Source: Balanoglossus misakiensis
Lineage: Eukaryota; Animalia; Hemichordata
Assembly (NCBI GenBank): GCA_040954595.2
Contig: CM082582.2
Coordinates: forward strand, 7,938,063-8,002,062
Direction: 5' to 3'
DNA: 64,000 bases
Under the pieces are notes generated by a model. That model saw only the letters and a list, made by a program, of their open reading frames with translations, did no database searches and was not told the origin of the DNA. The first letter of the stretch is position 1, and every line of letters starts with the position of its first letter. Position numbers and translations under genes: made by a program. This document shows, piece by piece, positions 38,601 to 53,600 of the stretch.

Positions 38601-41600
38601 TAATCAGAGCCAGTCACAATCATATAAGCTACTTCAGTTGGTTGAAATATTAGAAAACTCAAATTTTACATTTTGTTTTAAAATGTTTGTGTCTTAATAT
38701 TCAGACATGCGTGCGTGTGTGTATTTTTCCATAATGGACTCACAAAATGTCTACAGGGTCAGCTTTTGAAACGGCCAGTGAAACCCATGATTAGTATAGC
38801 ACAGGAAAAAGAACGTTCCCATGTACGTAGAATACAGCTTGAAAGATTTCATGCAAAATCGCCCACAGGTACTGGGGAAAAAAAACAATATCAGCAAATA
38901 CATGCAAGGTCGGATTTTGTGTTGAAGTGTGAACATGTATTCAGGGTGTTTTGATAAGAACAGTTTTTTTGACTCATAAATTTTCATATCGTACTGTGTA
39001 CACATGGTTAGTATTTGAAGGCTTTATTTACTCGGTAATTAAGATGGATGCAACGTGTTGGTCGTGGTGTGATGGTCTTTGTATCGAAATACACTTTTAA
39101 TCACAGGATTAATTTTCAGAAATACATCATCCCCTTGATTGATGTTGTTCTTCATGGCGGCTTCAAAAGCTGTACGCACGGTCTTCAATGAAAACTGGTA
39201 TCAGAAATTGGAATGACAGATCTGTGTTGTAGTTTTGATAACATCTGATTAACCTGTAGCCGTGCAATTTTGGCAAGAGAAAGTCAGCACTGGTTTTTCC
39301 CCCTGCAAATTGCTTAAATATTTATCCATTTCAGCTCTCTTTTCTGCATATATATTCGTAACGTGCATATTTGATCAAATCTGTTAGATCACTTCAGAGC
39401 CAGCAACTTTTACTCTTGAAATGTATGCCTTTGAGAAAACACGAAAAGCGTTTCTACTGAGAATGAAGTGTTGATGAGGGGTTTGCAATAATATGCAAAG
39501 GTGTGGCTGTTCGCTCGCAAAACAAGTACAGAAGCAATCAGTGTCCGTCCTTTGGAAAATGTATGAGACTATTTATAACCACATTTGTAGTGGATCAATT
39601 CGCTAAGTGTATAAATTGGGGAAAGAAATTGATTTGAAGATAAAACGGTGCGGTAATGTATCATTTGAAGCAGTTTAATTGCATCATCGGTGGTTTCAAC
39701 CCTGTGAAGCCTTGTTAATATGAATCCCACAGCATTAGCCAGGGACGCCTCAGTGATTTATACCAATGTGACTTTGTGTTGATAAATGTGTTTGTGAATT
39801 GCACAGATTAATGGTGAGGACGGGTGCACCTACCGACTTTCTGTGGACACCGCTGACAGCCAGGCTGGTAAATGGATGCGACGATTACAGAGTCCGACAG
39901 AAGAGGAGGAGGCCAACCTTGCAGTGTATCAAGATGGTAAGGGCCTGTTAACCCTTTCGCCGCCATGGTTTGGTCCAATTCCATTGTTCTCAAGATCAAT
40001 GAAAGACATCCTTAAAGAGAAATGGGGAGGAACCCTTTGCTCCCAGTTTCCCTCTTTAGAGGTCCAGCTTTACTATTGAAAACAATGAATTTGGACCAAA
40101 CCATGGTGATGACAAGGTTTAAGTTAGCTGTGCTGAACTTCTTTGTAACTTTTGAGTAAATATAGAACTTTGCAAGTGTGTAAGTGTGACATAGATATCA
40201 GAGAAACACATGTCATGTTTACCCCCTTCTCAAGCATAGGCTGGTCCAAATACGATAACTTAAATGTCAAGGTGGAACTGTACACATGGACTTTGGGGGT
40301 GAAGGGGTTGAAAAAGTGATACTTGCTCTTTCCCTACTTCTCCGAATTTATTTCATGGATTCCAATCAGAGCCCCTCTTCCATTAAAATGAAATCGTGCA
40401 TATATCGACAAATATCCTGCGATTGAAATTGCAATGGAACACTGAGTATATGTTCCAACAGAACTCTAAATCCCCTATAAATGAAACATTAAAACATCTA
40501 AAAGAACCGGCCGTGTATAAAATGTCACAGTAATAGCCTCGACTTACGATAATCTGCTGCTTTTGAGCTGAAAAAAAAAATGAACACACATGCTCGCAAT
40601 TCAAAAGTTAAAATGTTATCATCAGTGAGATTATGTCACCTCTGGAAATTTAACTTTATCTTACAGATAGATTTGTTGAAATCCATAAATATAAAAATGA
40701 TTGCCTGTATAAAAGTTCGGGGGCAACAGCCTGAGCAAACTCTTACGTTATTGGAATAAACTCACCCTTCCATGCCATAAAGCAGAAACATGAGGTTTTA
40801 TTTGCACATGAAATGCGATGAAGTCACTAACCTTAATACATGGACAGCATACTTGAGTCTACTGAACCCTGGATTGGTCCTTTGACAAGTGTTATATCGC
40901 CCACACAGTGTGGCAGAAACTGTTTTTAATCCGATGGAAATATAAAAAATTTATTTTGTTGTGGTGATAACTTCAGTCAAGTAGCATAATCCAGGACCTT
41001 TGCAATTCTTCCCCAGATGAGCACTGGCCCATTATATGAACTGACCTGTGATAGAATTTTACAAGGTTTCAGCCCAACATTTCTAACTTCTGCAGTGCTA
41101 TACATCAGTACGAATTCAGAGTGTTAGAGAGGGATGTACACAGTTGATTTATTTAAAAAGAACTGATTTTCTTTATCTATAATATGTTCATCAAAAGTCG
41201 TTAATATAAATTAGAAAGTCTCTTTAACCCTTTGAACTCTGCATTAAAGAAAACTTCCAAATGACATGACAGGTCACAGAGGATTAGAGATCAAAAGGTT
41301 AATAGTAGTTTTATTTGTAAGTTTGAAATCCACAGCTGTTATCTTCATAGTCATGCATACTGGTATATCAAGTCTCATTAAGTCTAATATTGTAAGGTCA
41401 TACTTGAATGTGCAAATTCTAAACAAATGGAAGCACAGTGTCCTTGGCACTATTTTGTCTTGATCATCAGAAAGTGCATCACAAAAGTGGGTTATTAACT
41501 CAGCTTACATTTCACATCTTACTGTGTTTCATACTATTGAACAAATACGGAAATCAAATAAACCAGCTTAGGATAAATTATCATCCAATCACACGGATAT

Positions 41601-44600
41601 TATTTCCACTTTTCAACTACTTATCACTGAATAAGTCACTTCATTCAATACAATATCAATACAAATCCAACCTCAGCTTGACAACAAGCACCAGTAATAT
41701 TACCACCAGATGGCCTCAGTACGATGACTTTCTTTCACTCATGTTTATTTAGCTTTTTCTAATCTTTCAGCTTTTTATGGCGTAGCTGTATTTTGCAAGG
41801 CTACTGAAATTGAACACGTACATTTTCTCAAGTGTGATTATCCTACAAGTTGAGAAATGAAATTTATTTATAAAGTGCTAATAGACTTTATATGTTTGTG
41901 TCAAAGTGATATACCGCTGTATCCATTACTGGGAATGAGGCACTCGGTTCATGCTCTCCCGAAGTCCCGGAATTTAAAACCTCACCTGGAAAGTCCTTGA
42001 AAACCCTGGAAAATGAAATTTACTTCTGGAAAGACCTTGTGAAATTGATTTAGCAGCCTCACTGTGCTCTTGTAAAATATCGATTAGCATTGAAAACATT
42101 CAAGAAATTTACTGTACAGTAACGTCTAGAAAACAGCATTTTTGATCAGAAATTTTCTGGATCACCATAAATATAGTCCTGGAGTTTTATGCAATTTTAA
42201 ATCTTGATCCCTGATGTGCGCATTGTTGCATTTTTAATCCCTATATCTGACACTAATCTCTTCACCCTCGAAGAAAACTTCATTTATGATCCAATTTCGT
42301 GCCGGCAGCTTTTTGACGGATCATCACCACCGTCTTCAGTTACAGTGTCACGCCCTCTTGACAGGGTTACCTCATGTGGAAATTCAACATGTTAATGCTT
42401 TTTGCCTGATTGATTTGCATTGAGTGCCAATTATCCAGGGAAAATGTTTTCCGTGATACAAAATCTTTGCTTTGTGAGGATATAGATGATATGTTCATGA
42501 CGTAAAGTCCCACTGGTGATAGAGTTACTCCAAATGTCATTTAACCTCTGAAGGATTGCCTTGGAACTCAAAATTTAAATTGTTGTCATTTTCCTGATCT
42601 TTACTTACATTGTAAACCTATGAATATATGCAGTGTAAACCTATGAATATACGCAGTGATTTCTCGAAATTCTACATAAGGTTATTTTTTGTCTTAATAT
42701 TTTCATGGAAAAATAAATCTTTACATCAGCTGTCTACGTCAGCATATGATAGTTGACATACTTTCAGACAGTTTGACAATGACCGTCAGCAAACTTACAC
42801 TACATTTTATTGATTCAGGTGGGAAGATATGGTGCCAAACACTAAGAGAGATCGCAGAGGCATCCAACATATGTGTAGTCTACATGCCAACAGCAACAAA
42901 TCGTACTATCCTCTGTGGCCAGAGTGACTCTGAAAAAGACAGCAGCTGTCCTGAATATGCCTTCACGCAGGTGTGCGAGCAAAGTCCGTCTCCAACGATC
43001 AGAAACAGCGCCAGTCCTGATGCTGCAGCGAAAGGTGAGTCTTATTCAGAGAGTTTTCTAAAAACGTTGTAAAACCACAGCCTTTTTACGGTAGCTGCTT
43101 TATGCATTACCAAAAAAAGGCCTTGGTTGATATAAGAGACTTTTGTTGTACATAGCATTCTGGGGGGTATCGTAGAGTTTAAGTGAAAATGATACCGAGC
43201 CAATCGGAAAGGGCGTCTGTTGCCATGAAGTAGTAAGCATACACTGTAATGTAGACACTTCGTGAAACAAGTAGCGACTGGCTAATTCCAATGATGATAT
43301 TGCTCATGAATAATTGAAGATTTTGTTCATAAGTACACAGTTTCCCATTGAATTCCACCAGAGCTTTTTTTCTCGCATGGCATCAAGGAGCAGACTGAAG
43401 TAAAAAGCGCTGACTCGGGAGAAAATAAGGAAGTCGGCAATTATTTTTCTTTCATGGGTTAGAGAGTGTCTTCCATAGTGTCTTGTCATCTGTGGCATCA
43501 TTCTGTACTCTGGGCATCAGCTGCAATGCTGACAGCGTCTCATTCAGACGTTTTTTTCTGTAAATTCTCTTCATTAGCCACTGACAGGGATATTGATTGT
43601 TCTCTCTGTTGTGTGGACAGATCAGCGATCAGGATCTGCTCTGCTTGCTCGTACGTTCGAAAACCATGAATCAAAATCTCAGCGATGAACAGAAATGCTG
43701 TACCCAATCCGCTCGCCTTACAGCCTGCCTGTTCACTTCATTGCCTTCCTGCAGTGTTCAACAAAACAGTGCTCGTTTAGAACGATTTACAGTAAGAACA
43801 GAAATCAAGACTCGGGTTTATATCCGTATTTACAATTTCCGAAAGCTTTTAAGGAAAAGAGAAGGGAGGAAAATAAAATGGAATCGACTAAAAGGACAAA
43901 GATGGCTCGGTAATTTCGGCTCAACTATAAAAGTAAATGTGCATTACCCATGTCAATAGGACAATTCACTTTCACTCAAGCAGTGTCCTACTGGTTAATT
44001 TGAGATTGATATCTGTGATGGTAGTTTCAAAGCTAAAGTATATCGCTCATTCACAGAATCTTTTTTTTCCAAGTGTTATCATGTGGGATTCTTGAGGTAA
44101 ATGTATCCCGCCTAACTTGTTAAAAAGAAAAATATGTAATTAAAATACAGCAACTTTTCCCTGTAACTCACATGCTACTGCCCATGGCTAGATCACAGCT
44201 ACAATGATGACACTCAACTCAACTCAGCTACATGTATGATATACATGTAAGTACCAAAGAATGGCAATCACATGACTTGTAGGGCAATGGTAGCCTTACG
44301 TTTAACACACTGCTTATTCTCTTACGTGTTTGTCAAAAGGCATCAGCATCTTTGAGACACTTGATAATCTTTAGAGACAAATAACATCGGAGGAAAAAAA
44401 AAAATTCCCAGCAGACGGATAAACACCAACTTGCAAATCAAGGCTTTCTTTTTATTGGATTCACCAGTACATTGTTATGTGATTATCTTCGGTGGAGGAA
44501 ATAGCCTTCCAGACAGAGTGGCTGAGTTTAACAGCTCCATCGGCGGCCCTGTCTCCACGTTCAATCAAAGCAAGACAAGTGTCTTCATCGAGTGTTGATT

Positions 44601-47600
44601 CAGCTGCCGTCGGGCCAATCGCCGGTCGTCTTCCGTAATTCCTCCAGATTGGGAGCTAAAGTGGTCAACATGAAGGGAAGAGAGGGTATAGACCCCTGGG
44701 TTTCCCCGGGAGATTCCGCATTATCAGTTGAGCTTGAATAGCCGCGCTGATTTAATACCAGGCCTTCCGGCTTTTATCTGATGCTCCATGAGTGACACAT
44801 ACACTGGGAAAGAGTAAGACACGGGCGCGCACACTTTTTTTCCAGGATGCGAAGGACAAGCGAGAGAAAGGACACTTTGTGTGGCGTCGGCATTGACAGA
44901 CAAATCCTAGACCCCGGGGCCACGTTATTGCAGGCTGTCACACGACATCAACAGATCACTGTCACTCGCCAAGTAGCAGGGATCGCGTACTCCACTTTTT
45001 TAACTTTGTTGCGAAGTTAAAAGAGAAAGATTATCCCAAAAGTACAATAAAGCCCGGTCTCATTGGGCTAGCTGTTGGCAGTTCTCAATTCCATTGTTTG
45101 TTGTAAGCACAGATTCTGCAGTGGCGAGTTATTTTTGTGACTTTCTTAAGTGTGCGTGTGTCACGTCTAATTGTAAGACACCTCTCACAGAGCCTGATGT
45201 GTTGTGATTCGCAGATTGCGGAGAATTCTCTCCACTGCCCTTTGCATTAAGTCTCCATTCTCTAACACCATTAGTGAATTTTCCATCAGAGCGTGCGCTC
45301 AAAGACTTGTCTCCAGGGGTATCTAATATGTTACCAAACCAACAATTACTGGTTTCTTGTCTTTATTTCAAACGTGCCCAGGAGCCCAGGAATTTCTTAA
45401 TAACGCCCAGGGTGTCTTTTGTGCGTAATAGAAACTGATATCCTGTGTTTTGTAGGGGCTTATATTAAGAATTAAATCCTTCGAAGTTTTTTCGCTTTTG
45501 AGTGACCGAGCAGTGATGAGTTGTTAGGCAACAGTGATGATGAAATGAGCACCGGACTCGGTAATGACTTACGGAGAAAAAAAATGTTTTGGTGGAAGCA
45601 AGCTATGATTCATGCAGTAATGCATCTTTGCTCAGTTAGGAAGAAGTGAAGACTGTATTAGACATGTCATCAAACAATGTATGCAAAGCTCGAACCAGAA
45701 AAATGTGAAAAAATAAAATAACTCCCTGTGTGTAACGGAAAACAGAAATGAGAAACGTACAGCATACCTTTATGTACTAGTCTAGTTCACAGGATGAGCC
45801 ATCAGTACAAAGAATTGAATTAACCTACTTCCCTCTCAGATGTTTTTTCTATTCCTTTCATGCATTCCCAGGGATAAATTGGAATTCCGGGGGTCCCTCT
45901 TTTTTTCTCCTTCCAGCAGAAATTTAGTTAGCTCTTTTCCCCCAAGAAGCCTGCAGTCATATGATAGCTGCAGCGACATTTCGCTGTCAAATTCCAGTCT
46001 AGATGCATTTCTGTTAGTATGTGGTGATTACAGCTGCTGGGATCATAAAAAGATGCCAAATCTATTCCTCTTGAAGCGTGTTGATGGTCTCATTCTGTTT
46101 CTCTACGTTCCAGAGATAAATTAGGTTTTCTGTTCAGGCAGAAAATGGCATTTTAAGGAGATATACATAATCGTGTGCCAGTTTCACACACTCTTGTTTT
46201 CATAAAATATCACTACTGTGATTGTTCTTCATAGACTTAATGCAGGATTGCAGCCATTTTGAATTTCAAATTTAAGATAATTTGGCTCTATCGTTAAACA
46301 TTTTGCACAGTGACACCCCCCCCCCCCCAATTTATTTAAAAAAGAAAGAAAGTTGGGTATGAGCTATTTCACAGTAACTCTATTTAGGGGTTGCACACGG
46401 TACATTGAACCAGCTACCATTGTAAAATAAAAAGAGTACCCACAGTAGGAATGTAATCTTGTCATGTGATAAGACTAATAGACACTCAGACTACTTGAAG
46501 TGTTAACTCTAGTGGGAGAAAGCTCATACTAAAAGAAAATCAACACAAGTTTTGAAACTGTATTGAAACCGACCCAACAATCCCGTGAAAGCCATTTGTG
46601 TGATCGTTCCAATTGTGCCAATTTGACAATGTAGATATCAATCACTCTCTTGTTTAGCTTTTCATTTCGCCGGCCCAGTTTGATTACACCAAATACAGAT
46701 ATTATGTTCCGGGTGTGATCGATAAAGGCAGCTTGGAAAACTTCAGCTCCTGAAGAAAAGAATGAGTGGCAGGCAACTTTTCATAAGGTGAAGAGGTAGA
46801 CTTTTTGAATGAAATCTTTGGAAAGTGTACACACAAATGCTTTTTCTTCCGAGGGAGGAAAAATAGCCTGGCGATGCACGAGCAGAATATTAAAACCCGA
46901 AATCGATTTTATTCAATTTCCTGTTGTTTTTCACAATGCGCGCTGAAAGGGTAAACACTTCCAGATACGCGGAGTATTGAGCATTGTAACGTAGCTGGCA
47001 GATATTTCCACTTTCAACAGACTAGGCCGTCGGTAATTGGGATATGCACCTCGAATCCAACAAGGCTTATTACAGGTTCTTCCCGGTTCAATTTGGCCTT
47101 GTTATTTAAAGCCTCTATGGAGCTTGGAGTCCACCACTGGGGTATCAGCAAAATGTTCGTTTCAATTGCACCCTGTGCGCGGAGTAAAATGATCAATTTT
47201 GTCGATTTAATTCTCCCGGAGAAAGGTCAGTGGACTTGGGGAAATTCGTTCGACCTTCACCAATCAGATCCAGTGATTATCAATTAAATCACAGACAGAT
47301 TCAAGGCTCTGATTAGATTTCTCCCGTTGAGATCCGCCACGTTCACGGTTGCCTAAATAGTTCCGCTTGTATGCGTGCGCAATCCGTAAGCCCACTCGCC
47401 GTATTTCTAAGCTTATATCTTACATAGCTGAGTTCCGCAAGAAAATTATCCTTGGAAAGTATCTGAGATTTTATCGTAGCCCTCTTGAAAGGACAACAGC
47501 TGTTTCTTCTGATGATTCTCAAATAATTTTTTTCTGTGTATTAGTAACACTGGTCCCTGCTGCATTTGAAAAACTATGATTTGCGATTAAAATTAAGTTG

Positions 47601-50600
47601 TCACAAACTTCACAAGCTGCCTGTACCTTAGCTTTCTTACCACTTATGTGTGCATATAGAGTTTCACAGAATCATTTAATTTGAACCAAAGAAAATGCCC
47701 TCATGGAAAATGCAAGCATCTCACTTCTTGGAAGCAAGTCCTTGTATTATGCTATGCAAAAAAACAAAACACACACACTCACAAAACCACTACACCACAT
47801 AAGTTTTTAATTTGCTCTAAGGTTATCATATGCAATAGAGTATAAATCCAGCAGCCATCATAACAGGCGATTTCGCCTAATCACGTGCATATAATGAAAA
47901 ATTTATATGAATTACTTTCCATTTTGAGCTGCAATCCATTGCTTTAGTGTCCCTCTGGAGTGAAGTCATTACGAAGGTGTCATTTGCACGGTATTGTAAA
48001 GATTGCTTGATGTCAAAACTAATAAATTTGTAGTCATTTATTCCATTATTTTGAACATTAATGCCCATTTCATCAAAATATAAACCCGTGATGAGACATA
48101 ATGAATTTTCATTGTGCAGTCTCTTAGGAATTCATGGCTTTCTTGTCTCAATTAGGTGCCTTTGCCCCAATACGCAAATTTCTGCTGAAAAATCAGGCGT
48201 CTGAAATCTCCTGTGACAGATTCCATGTTTGCCAGGGATTACTTAAAAACCATTAGTTGGTAAATCATTTAGTTTACTGAATAGAGATGTGTTCTCGTTG
48301 CATGTAATTGAAAGAGGGTTTCCTTGACTAGTGGAGTTTTTACGTCACTTCACTTGTAGCAGCGAGTCCCAAAGAGAGAACGTCAGAAGTTTACAGTGCG
48401 CAACTCAAAAAGGGAATTAAGTAGTCCTTTTAATATGGGCACTTTAAGGAATTCCTTAGTTAATACAACCGGAAAAATTAATTAACAGCTGTTGCCATGG
48501 TGTTTTTTCTGTTGAAAGATCCAAAATCTGACTTGATATAATATGGTTGAAGATTACTGTACTTTTCAGCTACTTGTACATGTATTTCTCATTATCAGAT
48601 TTTTTGTTTGTTTTTATTTGCAACTGAACCAAAGTATTTTTCCAAACATCGCCCTCTATGGGCAATCGATCGCTCAAGTATGGCATCAACATCACAGCTT
48701 AATCGTTACTTATGGCAGAGACAAGTTCCACTAATTTTGTGCAGGATGTTTACAGTAAATTACACGTATGCAACCAATCCCAATTTTAAAATTAAATGCT
48801 GCCCTCTATGGTCATATTGGGCACAGCCGTAGCATATATTTCAGCAACACCATGGTAACCCATGGAATAATTGTACACAAGTTTATCTAAATGTCCATGC
48901 TGCAGAGTTTGTATAATTTAGTTTGATTACAAAATGGTAATATTTTTATATCAGTGTCAGAGCAACCTTGATATTCTGGGTTCCACTCCTGATACGAACC
49001 TCGTTTCTCAGAATCCCCTGTATTTAAAGTGAATCAGTGCATTTGAATATGTATAAGCTTAAATCAAATTATCTTCGATATCCGGAGGGGTAATGTAAAT
49101 TCGCGGCCACTACTTTCATAGAAACTCAATTATGGAGGTTGCTTTGCCCCATCTATGTCACCGCGGCGCTACCCATCGCGACTTAATAAGCTTAGCGTGT
49201 GCAAACAATATCTGAGCCCAGCAGCCAGATTGTTGTTGACGTTGTGTGTTATTAAATGTCTTTCTCATTCCACGTGTGGTAGTATTCGTCTGATAGCAGT
49301 CAAACATAATAGGAAGTACAAGATGATTGAAGTCGGCGGTTGGGGGATTTATTTATCATGCGCGTTCACGATGATCTAGGACAGTCGGGGGGACAGTGGC
49401 GCCCGCCAACGCTGGCATCTGTCGTATTGTCCGTCTCGCGTCACGCAACTTGCCAGGAATACAAATCACGATTCTGACTTTGGGTTTTGACATACAACCT
49501 TGCGGAGGAGAAAAAGAGTGTGTTCCTCAATAAAAGTATGATTGGATTTGCTGTTTTAATTCTGCTCGGAAGCATTCATCGCGAAATTCATTATGCGTTT
49601 GTCTATGCGTTTTTTGTGTTTTTATGCCGCGAATTTCAGTGGCGGTGATTAGAGTTCTTTTGCAGTTCCACAAACTGTCATAAGACTGCACTTCATGTTG
49701 TATTCACCATCCTGTAAGACCTACAAAATGATTATAAGCTTATGGGCCTTTGTGTGAGGATTCAACAAAAACTAGATCCGGCATTTGTTGGCGGTGACCT
49801 TTAAGTTTCCATGGCAACAGCTGATGAGATTATAGAGGAGTATTCAGGAGGTGACAGGTTTTCGAAACAGTGGACACCTCAAAAAAATGAAAGCCTGGAA
49901 CGTGTTGGACTTCTTTCAGTTGTTACCTGTAAGGCACAATTGGAAAAATAATAGCGTATTTCTGCATTACAGTCTAGTTACGTACTCATAGAGGAAATGG
50001 CGTAACTTCACACTGCGCTTGCACTAGCATTGGCTGCCAAGTCGTACAAAGATCTCTACTTTTTATATGCATTCTATCCGCCCAATCTGTTCACCAATTT
50101 TAGCAACACCTCTCTATCAGCTGATTGGTCGCTTGCTACACAAAAGACCGGTTGTTTATGTTTGACAGATGTTTATAATTATACAGTATTGTTGAACAGT
50201 ACATGCATCTTTAAGATGTAGAGAGAAAGAAAACGGTTTAACAATAGTTGTTGATTTAAGGGAGTTGTGTGGACTCTGAAAGACCATACTGTGTGTTGAT
50301 TACTGTGCTTCTGTAGGTGCGGGTAGCAGAAAGGGTAATGTGTGAGACAGAGACAATATGTTGACAGTTATTGCCAAGGCGATTGACAACTCAATGTCAG
50401 CCGTCTATACAGTTATCATCAAAAGCGTCAGAGCAGATTAGTGTGGTGGTAAATTTATTGAATGGAATGTTCAGTGTGTGTGTATATGGACATCCGTTGT
50501 ATATTCTGCTTCTAGTCAAAGGATATTCATTTGATTGAAATTTACACCTTAGCTATAAACTTGATTTCACCATATTGTCTATTGAAGCAGTCGTCTTAGA

Positions 50601-53600
50601 GCTGGTCATCGTTCACTCGCATGGGTCGTTAACTTGACTACAGTCTCCACTAACTAACTTGTGCGGGAACTGTCTATTGTCTTGTGAAAGTTGCCCACAA
50701 CTTCAAAGTTCAAAACCTGGCCGACGATCATAGTGCATGTTATGTCATCGTAGATGTTGCAGTAGTCATAAAGGGTTAACGTGATTGGATACTTCCCCGA
50801 TCTGTGGGAATAACATGCAGACACACAACGTACTGTAGTCTTTAACCCTGTCACCCCCGTTTCCTGTATAGAGCTCCATCTTCACCATAGGAAACGATGG
50901 GTTTGGACCAAACCATGATGGTGAAAGGGTTACACACTTCGCAGTACAAGGCTGTTTGTCATGCACAAGCTTGCATGATCTCTAGAATCAGGACACGTAC
51001 ACCCCAGTCTTTAAGAAGCTGTCATATACCCTGTACAACTTCATATAAGCGCACTGATTGCTTGGCAAATCTTCGCTTTGCCTTTTGTAATTTTAATCCA
51101 ATGAAACAATTTGCTTCCAGACTAATTAAATTTGGAAAATAACCCTTTAATAATACTGTGCTGTCTTGAATAATGAACATCTAGGAAAAGTGGTTTTCAG
51201 TGTAACTAATGGTAAATGTCTGCTTGAATTGAAATGCGAAAAGTCTCTTTTAGATTAAGGTAGTGTACACCTCGAAAATCAAAGTCTCAAACTTTCTCTC
51301 ATATTTTGCTTAAGGGTTAAATTATTCTATCTGAAAAGTAGGAATTAAAAAAGGGGGTGGTCACCATGCAAAATCTTGAGTGACAAACCAGAATTATGTC
51401 TAATCTGAGAAGCAGAAGACAGAATTCTACCTGGTTGCACAAACTCATTACTCGGTAATCACTTACTACCCTAAAACATATCAGCGTCTTCAGTTCAACT
51501 ATTAGTGGCAATTTGTCGATAGATTATCCTAATTTGAGAGATTATCTCTCTGTCTCAGTCAAAGATTTCATGTTTTCTGAAAACTTATCTGTTTCTGTTG
51601 TGTTACACTGTGGGCAGGTCATATTCAATATTGTGTCTGATCCTTCCTATCATGTTTAAAGGGTAACTCATCATAAGGACTAAGATAGGTAATTTGATAA
51701 ACTACCAGTGGTACTCGTACAATGTACATGCCGTTTTGCATCAGATGGATTGATGTCAGCCGTCTGCAATCATTCCTCAGAAGTCTGTGAAAATCCTTCG
51801 ACCCAAGGTAATTGCTTCTTCATGCTCCCACTAACTTAACAATTTATACTACCGTTTCCTTAATAGTGGCAGGACCAATTTGAGAGTCTGGGCTTCTATC
51901 CTGTGATTCATTTACTGGTTTTATAGGCTCGTAGTGATTCTATGCAATCTGCAATATTGCATCGACGGAATCAAGAGATTGTGCTAGTTGAATGCACGTA
52001 TGCGTCAATTGTGTTCTGCAAGAGTTGAAAGACAGGAAACAGAACAAAAAGTCACCTAAACAAGGAACGCACGGAAACTGGAAAAATTATGAACATCCAA
52101 GACATATTGCATTCAATGGAAATAAAATAAAGAGAGATGCCAACAGTCACCTCAGATTCATCAAATGCCTGTCAAAAGGCAATCTTGTAGATCCTGAGAT
52201 CAGTAAACCTTTGCAGGACAGGGGACAAGTGTTAAACAACCCTGGTCTATAGACATCAGATTGCATAATAGAATGTATTGCAACCTATCGACCAATGCTA
52301 TTACAAGTGTCTAACAGCAGATATAATACAGAGCAAAAAACTACATAATCGCTACTGTCAAAGAGAGAGATTGAACCTCACATTATCTGGCTATACACAC
52401 CCTGCCAGAACCATAACAACAACTGCTGCACATAAGGCACAAAAACTGCATGGAAATCAATGTGTGGAGTCACGTTCCATTTCATATTACATTGATCAGT
52501 ATTAAATCATCCGGTAAACTGAAATAATTATGATTGACAGGTTGCATCTAAAATAGATGAATTGTAGGCTAAAGGCATTAGTGCCTAAACGGAGGTACAC
52601 AGTCGTGGTGCCGAAATGGAAAGACTTTATTCTACCTTAATTTTGTGTCTCTATCTAGAGTGATTTGTTGAGATGAGTCAAAGTGTTCTGATCAATATTT
52701 CTCAAAATCAGAGGCTGTATGCGGGACACTTTGTGCCTAGTAACATAGATTATGTAACTCAAGCCATGTTGGAAATTTTACAAAAAGTCTTTCTAACATC
52801 AGTTTTGCTATGGCAATCTGGAAGAACAGATACCCATGCTTTTGTGTATCTAATGTCTAATAGCTTTATTGCACGTGACATCCTTGCAACTGTATGAACC
52901 TTAATGCAGTGAAAAAGTTCAATCTACAGTGCAGAGCGAAAAACCCCTCCTGGTGACATACCCCACATTTGTAGAGATGTCTCCCTCGGTGAACAAGAAT
53001 AAAAATGAACTCATAAAAACTACAAAAGAAGTCTCCAGGAAAAAAAAGCATAATTTTCAACCGCCCGAGGGTATGGTAGTGATAAATGTGACATTCTGAA
53101 TGTTCGGGCATGATCCTTGGCGCGCAGTGACTATGCACTCACAGCTTGAACTGGGCAAGAACTGCCATGGATTCCCATATATTGATATGAATAAATAACA
53201 CTTGAAGAACCTTCACTTGAATAATTTAGAAGAGCTCCAGGCAAAAGTTATGAAGAATTGACATAGTTAAATGTCATAATGTGACTACGATGGTTCATTT
53301 AGTAGATGTGATTTGTCTTGGATATATTTCACCCCCCCCCCCCAAAAAAAAGACATCAACGAAGCTAATACTGCCTGCTTCTATTCTCAGCTACTCTTCA
53401 AATCACTCCTAGTAATCGGGGTAATGAGCGAGAACCAATGATATGAGAAAAATATTTTTGGAAATTATACCTAGGGGAGACTATCAAGTGAAATTTTATT
53501 TTGATGAAATTATGGCAGGTATTTTTTGTGGTGACTTTAATAATAATGAAAATTTACAACAACAACGTCACAGAGGCAATGCGTTGAGTGGATATTGATA

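Noticed and set aside
41940-42190. Cluster of CTGGAAA-like subrepeats
   Set aside because: Probably a decayed non-autonomous transposon, but no termini or second copy could be identified.
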